From Cyanobacteria bacterium P01_F01_bin.150 (GTDB lineage: Bacteria; Cyanobacteriota; Cyanobacteriia; CAKZMO01), in contig JBCCYL010000029.1 in assembly GCA_039189765.1 (NCBI GenBank), forward strand, positions 1 to 64,000: 64,000 nucleotides of DNA. Reading direction: 5' to 3'. The notes below the pieces were generated by a model. It did not search any database and was not told where the DNA came from. It was given only the letters and a program-made list of their open reading frames with translations. This document shows positions 50,995-60,114 of this stretch, piece after piece (the stretch's first letter is position 1; each line of letters begins with the position of its first letter). The position numbers were made by a program, and so were the translations under genes.

Positions 50995-51619
50995 CGCAAA
51001 AGGCAAATGAGAGTCAATTGTAAATTCACCCAGGCTTTATCAAACCTTTACCAGAGTATCTATGGCAAATGCTAACCTGAGAATAGCAACTGCTAAGTAG
51101 TATTAACTAGAAACTGATGAATATCTAGGCTACTCTCGGCAGAAATCGGGTTGTCATCACCACCATCTACCAGGTTGGCATCGATTTTTTCAATCTATTT
51201 AAATAGTACTTTTGAAGGCTACTGTTTGTCGTAATGCGGTAGCCAAGAATATTAGAGCACTCCTTTCAATGTTCGGCAGTGTTTATGGGGTATTACGCGG
51301 TTGACATTTATCTGTCTGGCAGCAGATCAACTATGATTTGTCGCAAGTGGCACCCATATGTTTAATTCTATCGACGGTATTGATTATGCCAGAAGCATGA
51401 TCGACGTTACGGCTTTTTCACACGCAAAATAGTTTGGATATTGCTCTTCTCATAGCGATTAGGGCGCTTAGGAATAAGCAAGCTATTTAGACAGGGTTTG
51501 CGGAAGATCTACCAAATATATTTATTACCTCATTAGTGCATTGCAAAGTGTAGGGCTGATTAGCTCTGGTGTATCATCGCCAGGGCTAACTCTCACTTTT
51601 AACGTGTGGCTAATTTGGC

Positions 51620-54600
51620 ATGTCTATCTTCATGGCGACTTCTGCCCACTTTCGGAGCATTTTCATGTTTAAGCATCCATTCGTCAACGGAATAAAGGGG
51701 ATACTACAGGCTCTTACAAAGCCAATCCAACGTTTTGCCAATCAACTAGTCGCGGCGTTGTTAAGGCTGCTATTCTCTCTTAGCCAACACAGCTATCGGC
51801 CCCAAGGCGGTTTTATTTTACCCACTACCGTTTTACTGGTCCTTGTTGTTTCCTTAGCCGTAGGCACCATCAGCTTGCGCACTTATCAACGAACTCAGCA
51901 GGTGATTGGGGATCGAGAACAACGGGTTATTTACAATATCGCAACTCCAGCCCTAGATCGGGCTCGGGCTAAGTTTGAATACCTCTTTCAAGGTGATCCC
52001 CGCTTTCCCTCTGGCGTGCCCTCCGAAGGGGTGATGAATAGTCTGCTGCTGGACGGTAGTAATCTACTGCCAGGAGTCGCCGATGCTTACGTGCTCAGTG
52101 ACGAAACTAAGCTAGACATTAATGAAGATGGCACCACCGATGCCGCCTGGAGCTATCGTACCGATACTGACGAGGATGGCGTAGACGACGCAACCGTTGC
52201 CTACGCAATTATTTTGCAGACGCCTCGCCCTGGGGACCCTTATCAAATGTCTGACTCCAGTGATGCTGCCCTAGTTGGACGAGCCGATGAGCTCCAGGTG
52301 CGTAATGCACCCCTGAGTGGTTCGCGCCAGTTGGTCGATGCCTGCCAGTTAAATGATATTGAGGTGCCGTTGGAGCAGGGATGGTTTAGGGATGAGGCCA
52401 GCAGTGCAGTACTGCGAAAAAATTTACAGGTTGATGTTTATGTCCAGCCGGACGACCCCGCCCAAACCTTAGCTACCTTGGAATTCCAGCAGGACCGACA
52501 GCTAGACCAGGGAAATAAATGGGGGGCATGGTTTCGAGGCGATATTGATATTAGCCCAGGCCCTGAATTTAACTGGAATGGGGCGATGCATACCGAAGGC
52601 AGTCTGATGGTGGCGCGGACCGGGTCTTCTTCGGAAAATCGTAAGTTTACCGGCTATTTGGTCAGTGCACCCAACTCCTGTATTTACACCGCTGATGCCT
52701 CTGAAATCACTGTGGCGGATACCGATGCTGACCCCGGCAACGGCATTCCTGAGTTTCGGGGCCAGGTGATTGGTGCAAAGGCCTACGATACCAACTTTGA
52801 TGATGATGACGAGTCTATTTTTCACCTGTTTGATACACCTGCGGTCACCACAGGCGATGACAAGGTGCTGCTAGATAAAAGTGGGGACTCGGTCAAAAAC
52901 AATCAGGGCTATGGCCCTGCAGACTTTAGTTTGGACCCACTATTGCTAGCCACCCAGGGGATTTCCCAAGCCCGAGACGCAGCGATTGACTTCAACACTG
53001 TGTATGACCAGACGACCTGGGAAAGCAACCCGATTAATCAGCAACATCGGATTTACTCGCAGTCGGAAGACCCGCCCTACCTGGATGATTTCTTTCGCGC
53101 GGACGACCGTTTTGGCCCCAATCCTCGCTATGGTGATGTCGCCATTCCTGCTAGTCGGACTATTGGTGATGAGATTACGGGGAATTTGCTCAGCTCCGAG
53201 GGCCTTTCAGATCAGGTTTTAACCCGAGAAGATGCAAGCTCGGATGATGCGGACAGTGTTGGCTTAGATGGCTATTGGGAGCGTCGTGCTCGGCAGAATG
53301 GCCTACGGTTAATTACTGGCCAGCGGCTGGAGCTGGGCGATGCATTTGGTTGGGGTGGTTTGGATCAAGCGGGGCAGCGTCGCAGTGGGGATGAAGAGCC
53401 ATTAAAACCCTGGGATGGCTGTGTGGGCAGCAACAATACCGGGCGCTGCAACGAGGCTCGCCATCGGCTGACCCTGCGGGATAATTTAGCCGCAGTGCAG
53501 GCTACAGCAGTTTATCACTCCAGCTCAGGCACGCCGGATGACGATACGCCAGCGGCATGTTGGTCCAGCACCGTTCATCCAGGAACACCATCAACGTTGC
53601 GAGACAGCTCTACTTTTCGAGATTTATCCGCTGGATTAGGTAGTTTTTGGCCCGCAGGAAACTGGTTTGCAGGTAAACCGCTGATTAGTAATTTCTTCCT
53701 CGGGGAAGGCACTAATGGTTGGGAGTATGGTGTGCATCCCAATGCGGCGATTGACGGCAACTCCGATGCAACGGTTCAGGCATTACAAAATCTGGCCTAC
53801 TATGCTGGAGATCCCAACGGTGGAGCACCATCATTTCCCCCTGTACAGGACAACGTAGTTCATCCCTATCCCGATATGGCGATGTGGGGAGATTTCTCTG
53901 TGCTACGTCGAATTTTTGATGAGTTATGGTCTGGTGGTTATGTGTCTTTGAGTATTGCCGATAAGGCTACCCTGCGTTCAGCAGCCTGTACGGTGGGTAT
54001 GTTGGCCTACAACGTTGGGTATTTAGAGAATTTGGATGATGATCCAGCAAATGATCCAACTGGATTGATTCCAGATCTGGACGATCGACTGGGTCTGTTA
54101 TCTCAAGCATCAGGTACGACAACGGATGGGCAAGCCCGACCAAATACAACTGCTTTGCCGCAACTTAGTTCTCTAGATCCGCCAGAAGCTTATATTGAGG
54201 GCTTGGAGGAATGGAACATCTTGGATAGTGCAGCAGTTTCCAGCCCAATGGTGAACTTAGCAAAGCTACTTATGTTTAGGGAGCAGTTGGAGCGCGATCG
54301 CCTCTTTGGCTTCCAAGACGGTCTCCAAGGTGCCGAAGATGATTTTAGCGGTGGATTTAGTGGTGGTACGAATTGGACCAATAATTGGACAATCACACCC
54401 ACCAATAATGGAGATACATCAGATGTAACGACTCCCGGTGGTGCATTACAAATTCGGGACGATGGCCTACAGGTTAGTCGAACTGTTGATCTATCAGGGA
54501 TAGCGGATCCAGTGCTGAGTTTTGATTACCGTCGAGATTCACTGGACAGTACTTCTGAAACGGTCACCCTAGAAATATCAACCGATGGCATTAACTTTTC

Positions 54601-56635
54601 ACAACTAGATGTATTTAGAGGTTCTGCAACAGATGCCACATATCAATCTTTTTCCATTGATATTTCAACCTATATCTCTCCCACAACCACTATTCGTTTT
54701 GTATCATCCAATAACTTAAGTGATGGAGACCGATTTTGGGTGGATAATGTGAATGTCGGTAGACCTTATGCTTCTAGTGCTTGCTTTGGCTGGTCTACTG
54801 ACCTCACGATTCAAGGCTTAGAGCAGTTATGTACGGATTATCCAAAGTATCCAATTCTCAATGCTCTATTTCCCTTCTCTGACCATGATGAAGTGGCAAA
54901 ACAGGCCACAAGTGCAATGGCTACTCGAGATGGGGCAATTCCTGCTTATATTCAAACGGAAAATGCCAATACAGCTATCCAGTATCGCTCTATTGACCTA
55001 ACGAGCGATACGATTCTCAATGCGATCGCCCTTGAACCAACTGACTTTGATCAGTGGGTCTTGCCCCACGGTTCCCTAAATAACGGCAGTAACCCCAATT
55101 CCAATCAGGAACAAACCGTTGTTTGCGTTGATGCGGTTTGTGGTTCAGGAACGGGCAATAGAGAATTCGTGGTGCCATTTAAAGACACCGCGTTGATGAA
55201 TGGACGAGAACGCATGGCTGTGAGGGTGCTTAATATGGATGTAGATCTACTTCGCAGTAGCGGTAGCAATCTCTCTAATGATTTCTGGCTTCCCAATAGC
55301 GGATTAATGTACGCGTTCCGAGAAGATGCCGTGCGGGAGGATGAAATTGTTCGACCCAGAAGTGATACTTGGGCAAACTGTAATGTCAATGGTAAGTATG
55401 AAACTGACTCTACTTGCCGGATGGCGATTGATGCTAATGCCTACGACAGTACCGATCCACCATTAAATCCAGATAATCTGATTAGTCCTAAGGTCGTGGA
55501 TTACTATGCCGACCCCGATCGACGGCCCTACGGTTTCCGGTTGGTTAACGGGCAAAAAATTAATCGGGGGAATAATCCTCGCGGTATGTCGCTGATATCT
55601 GATAGCCCTGTCTATATTCAAGGCGATTTTAATCTGCATCAAACAACCAGTTGCAATGGCACCGATAATTGTCGGGTAGAAGAATTTACTGACAAGCTAA
55701 ATGCCTCAGACTTTAGTAATTTCTATACTCGAAGCACGCTAGATACCGACTTCGCACGGTCGAATACGGATCTGTGGCGACCTGCTGAAATTCTCACCGA
55801 TGCGGTGACGATTCTATCTGACAACTTCTGTGATGGCAGCTATATCGATGGTTGGTTGACTGCGGGAGAAGGCGTTGGTCTGACCCTGACCAGCGGCGAT
55901 GAGGGAGTTGGTTCTAGTGACTATGGTTGTGCGGGCAATGGCGATCGCACTTCTTTCCTCAACTTTATGCGGCCAGAGGCCTCCATTGCCACAACTGCCT
56001 GGCATCATGAAGATCCCTTTGACAATAGCTCGCCTGTTGCCATAACTCGCCATGGCGATCCTTTATTCATAAGCAGTGGCACGCTTACCGAATATGGCAA
56101 TGGCACCAACGATTACTTCGAAGCGGCGTCTGACTTTACGGCTGCCTCTAATAATAATCTTGCGGCTGGTATTAGAGAGAAGGACACCCGAGTTAATGCC
56201 GTAATGATCAGTGGAGTCGTGCCCATGCGGTACAACCAAAGCTACGGTGGTCTCCATAATTTCCCTCGATTTATTTCGGAATGGGTTTCGTCTAGCGGGA
56301 CCCAACAAGCCCTAAATATTGCCGGAGCCTTCTTCCAGCTTAACTACAGCAACTACGCTACTGGCCCCTTTGACCAGGACGCCTTTGAAACGAATCAAGA
56401 TCCCAGCGTCAATCTTAGTATTCCTTACTACGTTCCTCCAAAACGGCTTTGGGGTTACGATGTAGGGCTGCAATACGCTAAAGCGGGGCCAATTTCCCAG
56501 CGTTTTGTGTCAGCGTCTGCGCTTCGTAGCGAGTTCTACAGTGAACCCGCAGCTAGCGATCCCTATATGGTGAATCTCTGTCGGGCCATGATTAAGGCCG
56601 ATTCAGGGGACCCGGATGTGAGCTGTGCTTCGTAG
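51620..56635 (+). CDS. hpsA: HpsA-like large pilin-leader (PilX-like) protein
   Basis: GFILPTTVLLVLVV prepilin-like segment, A.PALDRARAK, GLDGYWERRAR..GLR, RDNLAAVQ, YAFREDAVRED, DP.RRPYGFRL.NG, YGGLHNFPRF, PP.RLWGYDVGL. Confidence 0.8.
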   Translation: MSIFMATSAHFRSIFMFKHPFVNGIKGILQALTKPIQRFANQLVAALLRLLFSLSQHSYRPQGGFILPTTVLLVLVVSLAVGTISLRTYQRTQQVIGDREQRVIYNIATPALDRARAKFEYLFQGDPRFPSGVPSEGVMNSLLLDGSNLLPGVADAYVLSDETKLDINEDGTTDAAWSYRTDTDEDGVDDATVAYAIILQTPRPGDPYQMSDSSDAALVGRADELQVRNAPLSGSRQLVDACQLNDIEVPLEQGWFRDEASSAVLRKNLQVDVYVQPDDPAQTLATLEFQQDRQLDQGNKWGAWFRGDIDISPGPEFNWNGAMHTEGSLMVARTGSSSENRKFTGYLVSAPNSCIYTADASEITVADTDADPGNGIPEFRGQVIGAKAYDTNFDDDDESIFHLFDTPAVTTGDDKVLLDKSGDSVKNNQGYGPADFSLDPLLLATQGISQARDAAIDFNTVYDQTTWESNPINQQHRIYSQSEDPPYLDDFFRADDRFGPNPRYGDVAIPASRTIGDEITGNLLSSEGLSDQVLTREDASSDDADSVGLDGYWERRARQNGLRLITGQRLELGDAFGWGGLDQAGQRRSGDEEPLKPWDGCVGSNNTGRCNEARHRLTLRDNLAAVQATAVYHSSSGTPDDDTPAACWSSTVHPGTPSTLRDSSTFRDLSAGLGSFWPAGNWFAGKPLISNFFLGEGTNGWEYGVHPNAAIDGNSDATVQALQNLAYYAGDPNGGAPSFPPVQDNVVHPYPDMAMWGDFSVLRRIFDELWSGGYVSLSIADKATLRSAACTVGMLAYNVGYLENLDDDPANDPTGLIPDLDDRLGLLSQASGTTTDGQARPNTTALPQLSSLDPPEAYIEGLEEWNILDSAAVSSPMVNLAKLLMFREQLERDRLFGFQDGLQGAEDDFSGGFSGGTNWTNNWTITPTNNGDTSDVTTPGGALQIRDDGLQVSRTVDLSGIADPVLSFDYRRDSLDSTSETVTLEISTDGINFSQLDVFRGSATDATYQSFSIDISTYISPTTTIRFVSSNNLSDGDRFWVDNVNVGRPYASSACFGWSTDLTIQGLEQLCTDYPKYPILNALFPFSDHDEVAKQATSAMATRDGAIPAYIQTENANTAIQYRSIDLTSDTILNAIALEPTDFDQWVLPHGSLNNGSNPNSNQEQTVVCVDAVCGSGTGNREFVVPFKDTALMNGRERMAVRVLNMDVDLLRSSGSNLSNDFWLPNSGLMYAFREDAVREDEIVRPRSDTWANCNVNGKYETDSTCRMAIDANAYDSTDPPLNPDNLISPKVVDYYADPDRRPYGFRLVNGQKINRGNNPRGMSLISDSPVYIQGDFNLHQTTSCNGTDNCRVEEFTDKLNASDFSNFYTRSTLDTDFARSNTDLWRPAEILTDAVTILSDNFCDGSYIDGWLTAGEGVGLTLTSGDEGVGSSDYGCAGNGDRTSFLNFMRPEASIATTAWHHEDPFDNSSPVAITRHGDPLFISSGTLTEYGNGTNDYFEAASDFTAASNNNLAAGIREKDTRVNAVMISGVVPMRYNQSYGGLHNFPRFISEWVSSSGTQQALNIAGAFFQLNYSNYATGPFDQDAFETNQDPSVNLSIPYYVPPKRLWGYDVGLQYAKAGPISQRFVSASALRSEFYSEPAASDPYMVNLCRAMIKADSGDPDVSCAS

Positions 56636-56646
56636 GATAGCGACTC

Positions 56647-56681
56647 TAGATCCCAGGGGTCTAAAAGAACCCTGGGATCTA
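56647..56681. terminator. Hairpin terminator after hpsA
   Basis: TAGATCCCAGGG...CCCTGGGATCTA. Confidence 0.65.
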
Positions 56682-56747
56682 AACCTTTGCAAGCGATTGT
56701 GAATGCACCATTTTAGAGTTGTCGTGCTACTACGCCTTATGTTCCGG

Positions 56748-57053
56748 TCACGATTCTGGTTCTGCCCAGGTGGCCACGGGTTTAAGAATCGGCGGAATCA
56801 AGTCATCCGGATGAAATTCGATTATTGTCTCACTCAATCCCAGATATCCCGATTCCGTAAATGACAACAACATACGCTGAAGTGCTAGCCAAACCTCTTC
56901 TTCATATTCCCAATCGGTTCCAAAGCGCGATCGCCCTGCGATTGATTTCAGGGCCCAAAAGTAAGAATTTCGAACCACAGAGCCTTTTTTCTTATATTGA
57001 GGCACATCATCTTGATGTAAGAACAATACTTGATCTTCAACTCGCCCACGCAT
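56748..57053 (-). CDS. Conserved cyanobacterial hypothetical protein
   Basis: VRNSYFWALKSI...W.AL.RML.SF..SGYLG. Confidence 0.7.
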   Translation of the reverse strand: MRGRVEDQVLFLHQDDVPQYKKKGSVVRNSYFWALKSIAGRSRFGTDWEYEEEVWLALQRMLLSFTESGYLGLSETIIEFHPDDLIPPILKPVATWAEPES

Positions 57054-57276
57054 ACCGTAACCCCATGCAATTCATGTTCTCAAACATTAATTTAATTTGA
57101 CCAATGCCCGTGTGATTGGTCACAATTCTAGTGGAAGTCAAAGAAAGATATCCTTGCGCTGGATATGTTTGCTCAAACATCCGATCGCACAATTCCGTCA
57201 ACGAGCCTGAGGGGCAAAGAATTAATATAGCTCTTTGTCCCTCTTCTCTTATGTGTGATTTCTTTAAGCTTCTACA

Positions 57277-58854
57277 GTGGCGACCCGAAAGGGAATTAGA
57301 TATTACAAGGAGGCGAAGGCGAGCGCCATGCGTGAGATGATTTCAAGTGATATTAACAATATGGTGAAGTTTGCCGAGCAGCTCATTTTTGATCAAACTA
57401 AAATTTATTGCAGCGAACTACAGCAAAATCTTCTGGTTTCAGTGCTCCAGGGAGAACGCAAGAATTATGATCAGATTGCTGAAGAATGTGGTTATTCTGT
57501 CACCTATATTCGTCAAGACATTGCTCCTAAGCTTTGGCAAACCTTTTCTCAAGCCTTGGATCAACGGGTCACTAAAGCAAATGTCAAAATCATTCTTGAA
57601 AAAGAACTCCGGCGTCAGCAATTAACCATACCCGTCTCAAAATCTCCTCCTCAATCGATCCCAGATCTTTCTATTCGTCAAACAGAGCCAGATTCTACTG
57701 CAAACGAATTTCAGTTTACGACGCCTACCATGCCTGAGGCTGTAGTTAAATCGTTGAAGTTGACGGATATGTCTACGTTGGGACTGGCAACTGCTGGAGA
57801 AGATTCCTCAATATTACAAAAGTCTTCGCCTGCTAACATTCTCTTAGTTGATGATCAGCCCCAAAATTTGAGGCTTTTAGCGGATTTACTGGAAGAGCAG
57901 GGGTACGAAGTGCAGGAAGCCATCAATGGGCCAATTGCCCTTCAAGCCGTTTCTGTTGAATTACCAGACTTGATTCTGCTGGATATTCATATGCCTGAAA
58001 TGGATGGCTATACAGTGTGTCAAAGCTTAAAGGCCAACCCTAAAACGAAAGATATTCCCGTCATTTTTGTCAGTGCAGTTGATGAAGTTTGGGATAAAGT
58101 GAAAGCCTTTTCTGTCGGAGGGGTGGACTACATTACCAAGCCTTTTAAGGTGGTGGAAGTGTTGGCTCGGGTTAAAAATCAGCTCATGGTACAGCAGCTT
58201 CAAAAGTCCCTGATGATTCAAAATGCGCAGTTAATGGCTCTCCAAGCAGAATTAAAGGCTCAAAATGCGCAGCTACAGCAGGCGGGGCAAGAGTTACAGC
58301 GCCTGGCGGTTATTGACCATATTACCCGAGTGGCTAGTCGATACCGATTTGACCAATATTTGCAATCAGCATGGCAAAAGGCCATGCAGTCTGATAGCGC
58401 TCTATCTCTGATGCTGTGTCATTTGGATGATTTTGAGACCTATAATCAGCGCTATGGCTATCAGGCAGGGGACCATTGTTTACAACAAGTCGCTCAGACG
58501 ATTAAGCGTGTGGCTCAACGTCCTGAAGATCTGGTGTGTCGCTATGGTGGGGAAATTTTCGCCATTATTTTACCTAATCTGGAAGAATCTGCTTGTGAAA
58601 CAGTGGCCCGCACAATTTTGGCGAATATTTCTTCCCTACGGATCTATCAGTCCGACTCTGCGACCGATAAATCTACAGAATCGTCTGTTAGTTCTCTGAA
58701 ATATTCGTCCTTAACCACAAGCATTGGTTTAGCTAGCGTATCTCCTACGCCGGGTATGGGATTAGAGGGGCTGGTGGAAAAATGCGATCGCGCTCTTCAA
58801 AAGGCAAAAATTCAAGGTGGAAATACGCTTGTTCGAGCTAGCACACTATCGTGA
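57277..58854 (+). CDS. HTH-REC-GGDEF protein (degenerate GGEIF)
   Basis: N-terminal Y..IAEECGYS..YI..D....LW HTH; REC LLVDD, LLDIHMP, KPF; RPED I-site and GGEIF; true start may be ATG 57328-57361. Confidence 0.85.
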   Translation: MATRKGIRYYKEAKASAMREMISSDINNMVKFAEQLIFDQTKIYCSELQQNLLVSVLQGERKNYDQIAEECGYSVTYIRQDIAPKLWQTFSQALDQRVTKANVKIILEKELRRQQLTIPVSKSPPQSIPDLSIRQTEPDSTANEFQFTTPTMPEAVVKSLKLTDMSTLGLATAGEDSSILQKSSPANILLVDDQPQNLRLLADLLEEQGYEVQEAINGPIALQAVSVELPDLILLDIHMPEMDGYTVCQSLKANPKTKDIPVIFVSAVDEVWDKVKAFSVGGVDYITKPFKVVEVLARVKNQLMVQQLQKSLMIQNAQLMALQAELKAQNAQLQQAGQELQRLAVIDHITRVASRYRFDQYLQSAWQKAMQSDSALSLMLCHLDDFETYNQRYGYQAGDHCLQQVAQTIKRVAQRPEDLVCRYGGEIFAIILPNLEESACETVARTILANISSLRIYQSDSATDKSTESSVSSLKYSSLTTSIGLASVSPTPGMGLEGLVEKCDRALQKAKIQGGNTLVRASTLS

Positions 58855-60059
58855 ATCTCATAAAATCGCTCCAAACAGCGGACAAAGATTTCTACGCCCG
58901 TACTGAGGACCGTTTCATCAAAATCAAAGCGAGGATGGTGATGGGGATAATCTAATCCTTTTTCCGCATTGGCAGAACCAAGGAAAAAATAGCATCCTGG
59001 AACGCGCTGTAGAAAAAACGACATATCTTCAGCCCCCATTGTTTGGCAATCATGGACTACATTGTCAGGGGTTTCCACGACGGTTTCTACGACAGACCGA
59101 ACAAGCTCTGCCATGCCATCGTGATTAATCGTCGGTGGGTAAAGCTTCTTGTAGTCCAGTTCATAGGTTGCGCCATAGCTTTGACAAATGCCTGCAATAT
59201 GTTGTTCAATACGCTCCGAGAAAAAGTCACGTAGACTCGGTTCAAAATATCGTACAGTGCCAGCAAAGGATGCTGAGTCAGGGATAACGTTGTAAGCGTG
59301 TCCAGCATGGAATTGCCCAATCGTCACTACTCCCGGTTCTAGGGGGTTGAGCTGGCGAGCGACAACCGACTGCAGAGATGAAATGATATGAGCTCCTACA
59401 ACGATTGGATCAACCGCTTGTTGGGGAATCGCACCATGGCCGCCTTTGCCATAAATCGTACAGTCAAATATTTCAACTGCTGCCATTAGGGGACCACTAC
59501 GAACTCCAATGGTGCCAATGGGTAAGTTGTTCCAGATGTGCAGTCCAACAATAGCATCCACATCTGGGTTGGCTAACGCTCCTTCTGCAATCATGGGTGC
59601 GGCTCCACCTGGAAATTCTTCGGCGGGTTGGAAGATAATCTTGACGGTCCCTTGAATTAAGTGGCGATTTTGGGATAAATAATAGGCCGTACCGAGGGCG
59701 ATCGCTGTATGACCATCGTGACCACAAGCATGCATTAGCCCGTCTTTTTGAGAACGATAAGAGACTTGATTTTCTTCTTGAACCGGCAGTGCATCAATAT
59801 CTGCACGAATTGCAAACACTGGTCCTGGTTGCGTACCTTGAATGAGCGCAACCACTCCGGTGTGGGCAATGCCAGTCTTGTGTTCAATCTGCCAATCGGT
59901 TAATTTGTCGGCAATAAAAGCTGCCGTAACCTGTTCTTGAAACCCTAACTCAGGGTGTTGATGCAATTGCCGTCGCCACTGCACAAGGTTTGGCTGAAGA
60001 TCCGCAATTCTGGGTCGAATGGTCGCAGGATGAATATCCTCGGTAATGAGCGTTTGCAT
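58812..60059 (-). CDS. M20 family amidohydrolase
   Basis: RRQLHQHPELGFQE, RADIDALP, MHACGHDGH, QPAEE, AEDMS, HHPRFD. Confidence 0.92.
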   Translation of the reverse strand: MQTLITEDIHPATIRPRIADLQPNLVQWRRQLHQHPELGFQEQVTAAFIADKLTDWQIEHKTGIAHTGVVALIQGTQPGPVFAIRADIDALPVQEENQVSYRSQKDGLMHACGHDGHTAIALGTAYYLSQNRHLIQGTVKIIFQPAEEFPGGAAPMIAEGALANPDVDAIVGLHIWNNLPIGTIGVRSGPLMAAVEIFDCTIYGKGGHGAIPQQAVDPIVVGAHIISSLQSVVARQLNPLEPGVVTIGQFHAGHAYNVIPDSASFAGTVRYFEPSLRDFFSERIEQHIAGICQSYGATYELDYKKLYPPTINHDGMAELVRSVVETVVETPDNVVHDCQTMGAEDMSFFLQRVPGCYFFLGSANAEKGLDYPHHHPRFDFDETVLSTGVEIFVRCLERFYEIHDSVLARTSVFPP

Positions 60060-60114
60060 ATTTATAGAGGCAGGCGTTAGTTATAGCAAATATCCTAACG
60101 TGTTAAGAGCCAGG

